Part shown: positions 1-11,920 of the stretch, one piece after another
How the letters are laid out: every line of letters begins with the position of its first letter
How positions within the stretch are numbered: position 1 is the stretch's first letter
NCBI GenBank assembly: GCA_964016885.1
Contig: OZ024755.1
Coordinates: 310,001 to 374,000, forward strand
Length of the DNA stretch: 64,000 nt
DNA from: Eledone cirrhosa
Lineage: Eukaryota
Reading direction: 5' to 3'
Position numbers and translations under genes: made by a program
Notes under the pieces: model-generated
What the model was told of the DNA's origin: nothing
Seen by the model: the letters and a program-made list of their open reading frames with translations, nothing else
The model's database searches: none

Positions 1-603
1 TGGTAGTGATGGTGGTGGTAGTGATGAAGGTGGTGGTGGTAGTGATGAAGGTGGTAGTGATGAAGGTGGTGGTAATGATGGTGGTGATGATGAAAGTGGC
101 AGTGATAATGATGGTGAAGGTGGTGGTGATTATGAAGCTGGCAGTGACAACAATATTGATGAAGATGGTGATGATGGTGAAGATTATGACAATGAAAGTG
201 GTGGTGATGATGATGATGGTATTAGTGATGATGACAGCAGATAATATAACAGTTTCCAGTGAATTAAATTGATGGGAGATATTAAATGTCATTATATTTT
301 ACTCATCTATATCAGTAGACTAAAAGAATGCCAGGTATTTACCAATGTAATATCAATATCATAGATATTTGGTTTTATAATCAACTGTTACACACTAACC
401 CTCCCTCCCCTCTATACCACTGCTACCACCAAGATGACAATAACAATGACAACCACCACCATCAATATCATAGCTACCACCACCACCACTACCACTACCA
501 TCACAATGACAGCTACCACTACCATAACCACCTTTGACAATGCTATGACCACCACCACCACCACTACCACTACCATCACAATGACAACAACAATGGCTAC
601 CAT
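1..603. repeat. Degenerate GGT/GAT (1-235) and CAC/CAT (about 420-603) trinucleotide low-complexity tracts
   Basis: Visible gtg/atg and acc/cac triplet runs. These produce the spurious M/V- and T-rich ORFs. Confidence 0.9.
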
Positions 604-680
604 TATTAATCTGGTAACAATATTCAGCTACATGTATGACACTCTTGGAACTTCCAGCTAATGTAATTAACAATTTCATT

Positions 681-823
681 ATAATTGTTTCTACTTTAGG
701 CACAAGGCCAGCAATTACCCAGTACGTTACTGGTACTTTATTTTATTGACCCCATAAGGATGAAAGGTAAAGTTAACCTCGACAGGATTTGAACTCAGAT
801 CGTAAGGGGACGTAACTATGCTG
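681..823 (-). mobile_element. SINE family 1 copy, 5'-truncated
   Basis: Reverse complement of the 11024-11203 element (gagttcaaatcc B-box-like motif through gtgcctaaagtagaaacaattat). Confidence 0.85.
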
Positions 824-1039
824 ACTGGCTGCCACCACCACCACTACCAGCAGCACCACCACCACCGCCACCATCAGCAGCACCACCGCCACACCCACCA
901 TCAGTAGCACCACCACCACCAGCATACTTTGCTTCTGATTTGACATGACCTTAACTAACTCAATTTACACACTTACATGGTTAATCCAATACTAATACAG
1001 CAGCTCATATATGTGTATAATTATATATATATATATATA

Positions 1040-1071
<32 letters not shown>

Positions 1072-1132
1072 AACACCCTTGCAAGCAGGGAAAAGCGGAC
1101 GTAAAATGATGATGATCATGATGATGATGATG

Positions 1133-1182
<50 letters not shown>

Positions 1183-1225
1183 TAAAATAACAGATTAAAG
1201 TTTAAGCAAAGTGGTCGTGGAGGCG

Positions 1226-1380
1226 CCACGGCAAAAAAGCACCCAGCACTCACTGTAAATGAGGTTGGTGTTAGGAAGGGCATCCTGCTGTAGAAATCAA
1301 GCCAGAATCAGTTCCCGTCCCACCCTTGCAAGCAGGGAAAAGCGAATGTAAAATGATGATGATGATGATGATGATGATGA
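1226..1380 (+). mobile_element. RTE-tail-derived SINE or LINE 3' end with (GAT)n tail
   Basis: ggttggtgttaggaagggcatcc...gtaaaatgatgatg. The same motif follows the RTE ORF at 7350-7526, and a near-identical inverted copy lies at about 45806-45935. Confidence 0.8.
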
Positions 1381-3372
1381 TATATATATATATGTATTGT
1401 CATGTCTGTCGACTGGTTGGGAGGATGGTATGGATGGTATTAAGAATGTAGAAATGTGCATGGTCACATCCTAGAGGACTAATGCAGTAATTAAGAAGAC
1501 AATATCAAAAACAATTATGTTTCATATGTTGGAGGCCATTCATAGATTAACTGGTGGAAAGTTGTGACTTGTGAAGGGAATCTGATGAACATGATAAAGA
1601 TTCTTCTAGATTAAAAATGATTCATTAATGCACCCATTATTAATAATAATAATAATAATAATAATAAATATATATATATTCACACACATATAGTAAGTTG
1701 AATGTAATATAATATTTCTTCCGAGACAAACAGTTGCTTAGTACATTAAAACAATACATACAAACATATGCACACACTGATATACATACACACACAAATA
1801 TATACATATATAAATATGTATGTATGCTTCTATGCATATCTCAATGCATGTGTGTATATATGTATGTATGTACATATATATATATATATATATAAATGCA
1901 TGTGTATATATATATATACACACATACATACACACACAATGAATACTATGATTTAGATGTGTTAGCTCAGTGTAACAATGTGAAAATGAGAGAGTGTCTT
2001 CATATATGCGTTCATACGTACATATAAGCAATCAAACATGCATGTATGCAGATGGAAGTATGCATGTGTGCAGATGGAAGTGTGCATGTATGCAGATGGA
2101 AGTTGCATGTGTGCAGATGGAAGTGTGCATGTGTGCAATAATGGAAGCCGGTACAGATAAGTAGTACAAAACGCAATAATACCATCGCTAGATATCAGTA
2201 ATTTTGTTAGATATTCTAACACTATGAACAACAATTTAGTTTGTGTGGATTTCCTTGGAATTTAGGTTAAAACAATTTAAGACAAAAAAAATGGAGAAAA
2301 ACTTAACACTTTTTTTAAAAATTTCCACCCATCTTATGTTTGTGTATAAATGTATAGCTGTATATATATTTATATACACAAACACATATATGTGCTTACA
2401 TATGTGTACACATATACAGACACATATGAGTATGTGTGTATACATACAGACACACATGTGTATGTGTGTATATACACACACACACACACACAGACATACA
2501 TGTATATAATGAGAGAGAGGGTGATAGTGGAGATAGACAAAATATGAGACAGGTGGGGTGGAGAGAGGAGAGAGGGAAGCAAAGGAGAGAAAGAAAGAGT
2601 GGGAGTAATGTTTAAAGACAGAGAAGATGAAGAAAAGAGGGTGACAGAGGAGAGGAGAGAGAAAGGAAAAGAAAGGAAAGAGTGAAGTGAGAGACAACGG
2701 AGTGGAAAGAAGGAAGGTGGGGTGGGTTGAGAGACAGACAGAGTACAGAGAGTACAAACAGACAGACAGAGTAGAGTCCATGAAAATGATGAGGGATAAT
2801 TTAGTCATTTAATTACATTTTCTATCAAATGCAGTGTTTAAATTTCTACTGTAACACAGATTCTCTCTAGTTGTGTGTGTGGGAGGTGAGTGTATATGAA
2901 ATATATGCAGATATGTCAGTATGTGTGGGTATGTATGAGCATGTATTTATATGTATGAGCATGTATTTATATGTATGAGCATGTATTTATATGCACGTGT
3001 GTGTGTTTATATGCATGTGTGTATGTTTATATGTGTGTGTGTGTTTGTAAAATTTAATGGATCATTAGGGAAAACTTTAAAAAAAGCCCCCAAACAAATC
3101 AAAGGCAAAAATGTTGAAACAAGGAAGAAATAAATTTTGTTAAAATTTTAAAAGTTATTTTTTCGTCCTCCTCCACAGACAAGATAACAATGAATGTTAC
3201 CTCTCATAAAACTACTCTTTATTGGCTGATAATTATATTTTTTTAATTATATTTTAATATTTTATTTATTTATCTTTTTAAATGCTATTTCAGTCAGATG
3301 CAAGCATAAAACAGTTGTTTCAAAAATCACACTTCACATATTATCTATTATACGTGCATGTATGTTTGTAGA

Positions 3373-3414
<42 letters not shown>

Positions 3415-6308
3415 CATACACACATCTACACACACCGAGACATGCACAAGAATTAAAAGAAATACAAAGAGAGAATCCATTAAGCCATGGTTCCTAATTC
3501 AGGAACAAAATCTCAAAAACATTTTAATGACAGTGTATTATTATATTAATGTTTAAATTATTTTTTGTAACATTTCCCCTCAATCTATGGAACATTGGTA
3601 TAAATAGATAATTGAGTTATTACAGTGGCACATATATATCATCATCAGCGGGAACAGGGTCAATTAGATGCAGAATTTACGAAGGTTTATTTCACCTTAT
3701 AATTATTCAGCTGACAATCAGTTGTGTAGAATGTTCATTAGCAGTGAAATTAATTAATTTCATAGACAGAAAATTAAGAATGCAGTTCAAGTGACTTGAA
3801 CCTTATTAATACTTGTTGCACATCTGTTATAAATATATTGCATATATTACATACAACACTTGTTGCACATCTGTTTAAATATATGCATATATTGCATACA
3901 ACACTTGTTGCATGTGTGACATACATTGCATACATGTCACACACAGGTGACATATATTACATACATGTCACAAATGTTTAGTCAATATGAGCATTTCACA
4001 TGTTGTCTTGGACTATTTAAACCTGGCAGATCCCATCCCCTCACAACGGCTCAACAATGATTTCTTTGAGAGAGAGAGGGATGAAGAATTGACCCCAGTA
4101 TAAGACTGGTACTTTATTCATATCAAACTTGAAAGAATGAGAAACAAAGTTGACATCGGCAAGATTTCAGATCATATATTCAATCTTTGTTACATTTTAT
4201 AAAGCAATATCAATGATAACAGGAGAAAATAGAATAACTAAATCTATCAACAATATTTTTTTCAACAAAAATAGAAAACAGAATTAGATTTACAATATGG
4301 CATTAATCAATGTCAACCAGGTTTTCACACTATGATTCTACATTCTAGTTTTCCAATTCAACGTTTTAACTCTTGAATATATTTTGAATTGCTAGTTGAT
4401 ATGTCTATCAAGAAGAGAAAATGGTAAAGGCGCAGAACAAGTGACATAAACAAATGACAACAGATATATAAAATTATGAACAGAATATAGACCCAGTGGG
4501 TGGGGGAGAGATGGAGAGGGAGGATTGATAAATTTATGGATGACAGTGTTGCAGGATGAGAATAATTGGCACCAGCTTTGGAAAGGCCTTTACTTTGCAA
4601 TGGGTAGATAATGGATGAGAATGATGGTGATGATGAAGTAATGAGGATGTGATGATGATGTGTAGCAAAAGAAACCAATGATTGTAATTGTACAATTTTG
4701 TAATAAAAAGAGAATATGATTCTGTTTTATCTCCATTATTTAACTTACCATTAATGCTTTTGATATGGAACCACCTACAACAGTCCCTGGGTTCTACAAT
4801 ACACAACTTCTGATTTTAAAATGTTTATATTTATCTAAAAACCTTCAATCAAATTTTATGTTAGAACTTTTATGAATTCATATTTCAAACACCAGCAGAA
4901 CGAGAAAGTTAGTTAATCCATTCGAGGTCAATAAAAAAAAGTACCAGTCTAGTACTAGGGTTGATTCTTCCACTATATCTCTTTCTCACTTCTTCTCTAT
5001 TTCCTTCTCTGGAAGAAATCTGTTGTATTCAGACTTGGAAAGGATTGGGCTCTGACAAGTTTTAAAAAATGCCCTAGAAATGTTGTATATCAATACAGTG
5101 CTCCTATGACTCCCTCGGGAGTTACTGGGGCCCATGCCTGCAATTATTACCATAAAAGCAGTTAATTAGATTTTGGACATGATAACTTGTTACTGTTTTA
5201 AATGTTATGATATTAAGTATTTACTGTGTCAGACACACAGTGGTACTGAATAATGATTATAATGGTTATAATTAACTAGTATGAGAGGGAAGAGGAGACT
5301 GGGAGAGGGCGGGGGTACGAAGCTTAGTTTACTGAGTCAATCAAGTGGGTACGAAGTTTAGTTAAGTAGTGTGAAATATTTGACAACAATTGGTACAAAG
5401 CAGAAGAGATTTTAACTGCATTATCAACATAATCAAGAGCACCAACGAAATGATGTGAAGATCCTTTAGAAATTATGTAAATTAGTTGTCATCTTGTTAG
5501 ATTCTTCATGACAAAGAAAGCAATTCTGCAATCTAACCAGTAATGTATCCAGCAGTGACCTCCATTAAACTATCACAATTAAGGAGCAACATTGAAATTT
5601 ACAAGAAAATTGAAGACTAAAGAAGAAGAGAATATATTAGTGTTTGCTAAATTAGGTAGCTGATGCATATTAAGGTCTGACATTCCTAACAAATTCCAGG
5701 AAAACATTAGCTTCCACTTCAGTTTAGAAGAACTTGAGAAAAACAAAAACAAAATAAAAAATGTAAAATAAATAATAATAATAATAATAAAAATAATACA
5801 AAAATGAATAAAATAAATCAAAATAAACAAACCTAATAAATGGAAATATTTTGATGACAATACAACAAAAAAAAAAAATTTGATTAAAACAAATTTCTTT
5901 GTTCATTTTAAATTCATATTTCCTAAACAGATAAGAGACAAGAAAATATAAGAAGATAGGTTTTTGGACTAGTTATTATAGTTATTATACATTTTATTTT
6001 GTGAGAGTTAGCTTTGCCTTTTATCTTTATGGAGGGAGTTGATGAAATAAAGTACCAGTAACGCACTGGGGTCGATTTAATCGACTTTCCCCTCCCCACA
6101 AAATTGTTGCCCTTGTGCCTAAATCAGAAACCAATCATCGTGAAGATTTCGGCAGATAATGGCAGAGTTGGTAGATTGTCAAGTAGAATGTTTTGTGTCA
6201 TATGTTCTGGTTCTCTGAGTTCCGAGTTCAAATCCTGCAACGGTCAACTTTGACATTTATCTCTTTGGGGTCAGTAAATAAAATACCAGTTCATAGTATG
6301 ATTGATTC

Positions 6309-6346
<38 letters not shown>

Positions 6347-6673
6347 TGGAAAAGTAAATAACAACAACAAAGAGAGAGGGAGAGAGAGAAGAAATTGTTG
6401 AAAACACTACCATATATTACAACAACACTCCTACAATTCCATCAGGAAGTGAAGGCTGCCATATATCACATTCTATACCGAACTCATTTCTTTGAACTGA
6501 CTGCTCTACCAGCTTTGGATATAAACCTTCTGATTGTTCACTACTATATATATATAGATTTATTACTATATATATATAGTAATAAATTTGAAGACTAAAA
6601 TCCAAAGAGGGCTCGATAAGGATAAATATATATCAAATATATAAGAACCGTAGAGCAAATAGTTATTAAAATA

Positions 6674-6749
6674 ACAGATTAAAGTTTAAGCAAGGAATTG
6701 CTGCTTTCACCCTTAACGGGATCTTCTGAAACTAACAAAGTCAATCTGT
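6674..6749 (-). ncRNA. Type I hammerhead ribozyme motif, family A (U4A core variant)
   Basis: Minus strand reads ACAGATTGA-ctttgtt-AGTTT CAGAAGA T CCC gttaa GGG T GAA AGCAG caattcc TTGCT T | AAACT TTAATCTGT. All three stems pair. The core is CAGAAGA rather than CUGANGA. Confidence 0.6.
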
Positions 6750-6867
6750 AAACGCAGAAGTGGATATTTCAAAAAACGTTGCAACCGGAGGAAGACAGGA
6801 AGACGATACTTTGGTTCGTGGAAACGTTCCCTGGCAAAGAACGGGAAAAAACGAATATAATACGTCA

Positions 6868-7526
6868 AGAGGGATCAGATGTTGTTTACTCGAGAGAAGG
6901 CTACGTTGGTATGGACACGTGATGCGCATGAAAGTCGATAGCTGTATAACAAAGTGCAGGGCAATAAAGATAGACGGTAGTCACGGAATAGGCAGACCTA
7001 GAAAAACCTGGGACGAGCTGATAAACTCCGACATCACACACTTACACCTCTCCAAGACAATGTCACTGGACCGAGACCTTTGGCGGTACTCAGTAACAGA
7101 GAAGACCCGCCTTACCTAAATATATAGTAAAACCTACTCCAGCCAGTAGGCATCTCTAACAAAATACACCCCGTCCCACCACCACCACCACCACCACCCC
7201 ATCCACACCACCCCGTTCTATGTAAAGTTATGTTGGTGCCGCGCCATCCAGGCCGAAACAAATGAGATCGTGTAGGTGTCACGACAAAAAAACACACAGT
7301 CCACGCTGTAATGTGGCCGTGTAGGCAACACGGTAAAAACCTCCCAGACCCACACTGTAAATGTGGTTGGTGTTAGGAAGGGCATCCAACTGTAGAAAAC
7401 CTGCCAGACAGTCCTATGCGAGCAAGACAATCACTCTTGCCTCAAGTGGGACTACCCCCGTCCAAACCCATGCAAGCGTGGAACACGGACGTTAAACGTT
7501 GATGATGATGATGATGATGATGATGA
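6868..7526 (+). mobile_element. 5'-truncated RTE-clade LINE (RT C-terminus, 3' UTR and (GAT)n tail) inserted in the left arm of family A
   Basis: Translation RRLRWYGHVMRM...GRPRKTW...DRDLWR, stop at 7119, is typical of RTE C-termini. It ends in gatgatgat. The empty site tacgtca^ttaatagg is visible in the mirror arm. Confidence 0.88.
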
Positions 7527-7993
7527 TTAATAGGAGCGGTGAAAAACAATTACACGCAAAGACAGAACCACGTTTATAAAAGAAGTCGTAGACTAATGTT
7601 CTCTTAGGTGGTTCATAGAGACGTTCTCTGGCAATGAACGGAAAAAACGAAGATAATACGCCATATGTGGAGCCTGGAGAACAATTGCATGCAAAGACAA
7701 AACCACGTAAATGGTATAGCTGAAGTCATAGACTAAAATTCTAACTAGGAAACCGAATGATTCTCAGCTTCAGAGTTAAGAATAAAGTAAATAAAATACA
7801 ATACAGAGGTAATTCTTTTATATCATAAACGTGGTTCTGTCTTTGCGTGTAATTGTTTTTCACCGCTCCTATTAATGACGTACTATATTCGTTTTTTCCC
7901 GTTCTTTGCCAGGGAACGTTTCCACGAACCAAAGTATCGTCTTCCTGTCTTCCTCCGGTTGCAACGTTTTTTGAAATATCCACTTCTGTGTTT

Positions 7994-8069
7994 ACAGATT
8001 GACTTTGTTAGTTTCAGAAGATCCCGTTAAGGGTGAAAGCAACGATTCCTTGCTTAAACTTTAATCTGT
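7994..8069 (+). ncRNA. Type I hammerhead ribozyme motif, family A (U4A core variant)
   Basis: Stem I is 8010-8014/8056-8060 plus 7994-8002/8061-8069, with a 7-nt bulge. Core CAGAAGA at 8015-8021, stem II CCC/GGG, GAAA at 8035-8038, stem III AGCAA/TTGCT. Predicted cleavage after 8055 (CUU). Confidence 0.6.
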
Positions 8070-8076
8070 TATTTTA

Positions 8077-8130
<54 letters not shown>

Positions 8131-9779
8131 CTATATGAGCGAGACACGGTCACCCGACCAGCCTTGCCTCAAGTGGGACAACTCCCGTCTAACCCATGCT
8201 AGCGTGGAAAATGGACGTTAAACGAAGATGATGATGATGATATATATATATATATATAGTAATAACAATAAATTTGAAGACTAAAATCCAAAGAGGGCCC
8301 AATAAGGATAAATATATATCAAATATATAAGAACCGTAGAGCAAATAATTATTAAAATAATAGATTAAAGTTTAAGCAAAGAATCGCTGCTTTAATAAAT
8401 GTTAGAGATATAGCTAAGAGGGTAGGTAGTGTTAAATAAAATGTCTCACTCAGTGCATTCTCAGATTCATTCTTATCTATTAAGAGATCAAATCCTGCAC
8501 TGGTTTATAGTTTTACCTTTTATCCTACTAATCTCAATAAAATAAGCTCTGGTGCAATAAAACTATGGGAGAAATAGGAGTGATGAGGAGGAGAAGGAAA
8601 GGGAGGGGGACTTTGATTAAGTCAACTATACATTTCACCTACAAACATTAGCTTTTGTTTAAAGTCGAAAGAAAAAAAATCAATATTACACTACAAATAT
8701 TCAATTAATAAATATCAAAAATGCTACTTCAATAGAAAAAATACCATTTCAATAAATGAATAAATGAATATATAAAATAAACAGATAAGAAATAAATAAC
8801 AAATAAACAAATGATAATACGAAATAAACAAAAATAACTAATAATAAATAAATAATAATTAATAAATTAAATAAATAAATAAATAAAACCAATCATACTA
8901 AAAGTTCAATACATATCAAATTAAAAATTCCAATTTAATTCAGTTTGTAATCCTGGTTAATATAGTTAACGTATATACACAACAGAATATATATACACAC
9001 ACACATATATATACAACAGAATATATATATACACAACAGAAACAGCCGGACGCTATATGAAGCATTGGATAACATTTCTCACTTAATTAGCACATTAATT
9101 AATACTTTGATATTATTCAATTTAAAAATCTCTTGGTTCATTATTGCTAAACTAGGTGAAAAATAGTTACTTTTTGTATTATTTGTGTTTTGTGTTTTAT
9201 ATTTTTTCTTTGTTTTTATCTAAATTTAATAAATGAGAAAACAGAATTGAAATTTAAGAAGAAAAGATTTGCGAAAACAAAAAAGAAAATAGAAACAAAA
9301 TTGACCACAATAAAATTGAGGAAGAGTATTTATAATTTAATCTAAATTTAATTGCAACATCATATATTCTTTCAATGTCCAATGCCTCTATTGAAAATTA
9401 GCTAATTTTTATGTACTAATTATAAACTCTCAGGTACTTTTAACAGCTAAAAAGAATAAAATAAAAATAAATACCCCCCACCGCACTGACTTTTTATAAT
9501 AAATTTACAAATGGAGAACATTACTTCTGAGACAAACCAATGACAGCCTCTAGATAGTTGTTGGACTTGTTAGAGATACCAGCTAAATTTCCCTAAAATC
9601 ACAACAAATCTTTTAGATTGGGGAGGAAGATCATATTATTGAATAAAAAAAAGCCTGATAAAACTGGATAATTACTGGTAGAACACCTCTGATCAATGGT
9701 CTGCTCAACCTAGGGTTAAACAATAGCAGCAACACCATTTTCTAATTAAAGGTGATTTTATATAATCCCTCATATAGAG

Positions 9780-9980
9780 GGTGGCAATGGCCTAGTGGTT
9801 AGGGTGTTGGACTTACGACCATCATCTTGTGGGTTCGCTTCTTTCCTTCCTTTCACATTACTTTAGTACACTCCGCTGAAAACGAGCACCACCAGTAATG
9901 TAGGAATTAATCCTACGATGGGCTGGTGTCCTGTTTATGGTGGCGTCTTGTACTCTCAGTCACTTAATGCCAAGGAAACT
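9780..9980 (+). mobile_element. tRNA-headed SINE (family 2), degenerate
   Basis: A-box-like tggcctagtgg and B-box-like ggttcgcttc. The body (tcttgtactctcagtc) is shared with 24075-24270. Related minus-strand copies at about 45960-46040 and 53900-54160. Confidence 0.65.
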
Positions 9981-10314
9981 ATTAAATGTTTAAAACAAAG
10001 ATTTCCAAAACTGTAACACAACTCTTTAGTGTGTCACCGATGATCGTTAGATGTGTTGTCAAATTGAATCACGTCTGATTGGTTTTTATGAATATTTAGT
10101 TGTGAATTATATTTGAGATCTAACAACTCTGCATATAATTAGACAGGTGACATGTGACAGATGACATATTTAATTGTTTAATAATTTTGTTAATTTTGTG
10201 TTGCTAACAAAATTTAATTAGTGTGTCATGGGAAATTTTATTTTTGTAAAGTGTGGCAACAATTTGAAAAATTTAGAAAACCAATTTAACAATAAAGTTC
10301 CATTTAATCTAAAG

Positions 10315-10478
10315 CAGTCATGGGCAAACTGTGGCCTGAGAGCCATATGCAGCCATTTGGCTTTCTCAATGGCATATCTAATTTAAAAATTGCCTTGAAT
10401 TTTTTTAGTAGTGTGGCTCATCTTATTATGAGCCACACCCTATGAGGACTACTGCTCAAAAAAGGTTGCCTATGCCTG
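10315..10478. mobile_element. Non-autonomous hAT (Charlie-type) MITE
   Basis: TIRs cagtcatgggcaa / ttgcctatgcctg. Flanks atctaaag / atctaaga resemble an 8-bp NTCTAGAN-type TSD. Confidence 0.7.
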
Positions 10479-11023
10479 ATCTAAGACTTACCAAGATGTT
10501 GTTTATATGAATATTTACGATTTTGCTCAGTTTATTTTTATAACATTGGTCAATTTAAAAAGAATGAAATGGGCTCCTTTGGTAACCCTTTGGATACAAA
10601 ATTCCCCAAAACTATCTTTGGTTCTATGATACAAAACTGTTTTAAAGTAAATATATTTATCTAAAAATCTATTGTAATTTTATATAAGACTCTCTAAGTT
10701 ATGTTCTAGACACCATCTTAATGAGAAAGTTATATTACTAAATACTTTAAACTTTTTTTTATTATTTCCAAAATTATTTGAAAATCATATGCAGTGTCTT
10801 TCATTAGAAAGATGGTAATGGAAGGTTCAACATTGACATTTTTTTCTATTTCAACACATCCTCTGTGGCAATGCGTTCACCGTTCTGTTCACGGGGCATA
10901 GCTGAATCACCACTCAGATTGTGGTGTAGAGTCTGTCCCTCCCCCTCTCTCTCCCTTTCCTTCATTACTTCTTTTTTATTTTTATTTCTCTTTCATTTTT
11001 TTTGTTTCATTTAAATATCATTA

Positions 11024-11203
11024 TTGGCAGTATAGGTAGAGGGTCGGACGCCATGCTTTCCAGCATAGTTACGTCCCTTTACGATCTGAGTTCAAATCCC
11101 GCCGAGGTTAACTTTGCCTGTTATCCTTACGGGGTCGATAAAATAAAGTACCAGTAATGCACTGGGTAATTGCTGGCCTTGTGCCTAAAGTAGAAACAAT
11201 TAT
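11024..11203 (+). mobile_element. SINE family 1, young near-full-length copy
   Basis: B-box-like gagttcaaatccc and central gttaactttgcc...ggggtcgataaaataaagtaccag. Near-identical to the reverse complement of 54897-55078. Confidence 0.88.
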
Positions 11204-11720
11204 TTTGTCTAACTGTTCAATGTTATCTGATGGCACACAAATTAGGATAATAAAGACATTTCAATGATTGATATTTCAAATTTAACTTGATAAAATAATT
11301 TGATTCTTTATTTTTAATTATTATTCACTTTAAATTGTTCTAATACAATTATTAGTATTAGGTTTTAGTGAGGAAGGATTGAACATGAAACCTAGAAAAC
11401 AACACACAGTATGCTGAGAGATAAAAAAAGGAAGGTTTGGCATTTAATTTTGATTAAATATAAAATAAATATTGAAAATAAATATTGAACTGATGCTATT
11501 GTTTTATTAATAAGAGAGGTAAGAAAAAAACTTAAAAAGATTTGCATAAACAGTACAAAATATGATTACTTTTTTTTAAATTTCCAGAATATAGTTCAAG
11601 TTAACATCTTATATGGGAACCAATTGAAATGCTTTTATTCTAAAGTGTATTGTGTCTTTGTAGCAGCATAATATTAGCCTCTTTTAATAACCTTTTCTCT
11701 GCAGGAATACTACAGATACT

Positions 11721-11920
11721 TACAAGGTTTCGCTGAAAAGTTCATAGGCTGACGATGAAGGAATGATGATAGGGCTGTGAAATCTTGCATCCATTAATTT
11801 CAACTCTTCTTATTAATAAAATAACTGTATTGTTTCTTTCCATGTTTAAAACTAAACGTCATTTGGTCATTCCATGAGAGTATCTTGGTCAAACGATGAA
11901 CATTTCAGCTGACCCTCATA
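11721..11920. mobile_element. Tc1/mariner-type MITE, degenerate
   Basis: Ends tacaaggtttcgctgaaaagttcat and atgaacatttcagctgaccctcata are imperfect 25-bp TIRs bounded by TA. Confidence 0.55.

Larger units (their letters stand above)
6580..8080 (-). mobile_element. Family A fold-back element with about 255-bp inverted arms, each carrying a hammerhead motif (Penelope-like pLTR relic)
   Basis: 6663-6867 plus 7527-7577 is the reverse complement of about 7825-8080. The minus-strand copy continues to about 6580. That tail is repeated directly at about 8267-8393, with short pieces at 1179-1210 and about 63297-63322. Confidence 0.75.

Noticed and set aside
7741-7983. ORF sharing its N-terminus (MDISKNVATGG...) with 6760-7119
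   Set aside because: This follows from the inverted repeat. It has a GTG start and no recognisable domain.
9780-9850. tRNA gene
   Set aside because: A and B boxes are present but there is no cloverleaf, and the sequence continues into a SINE body.
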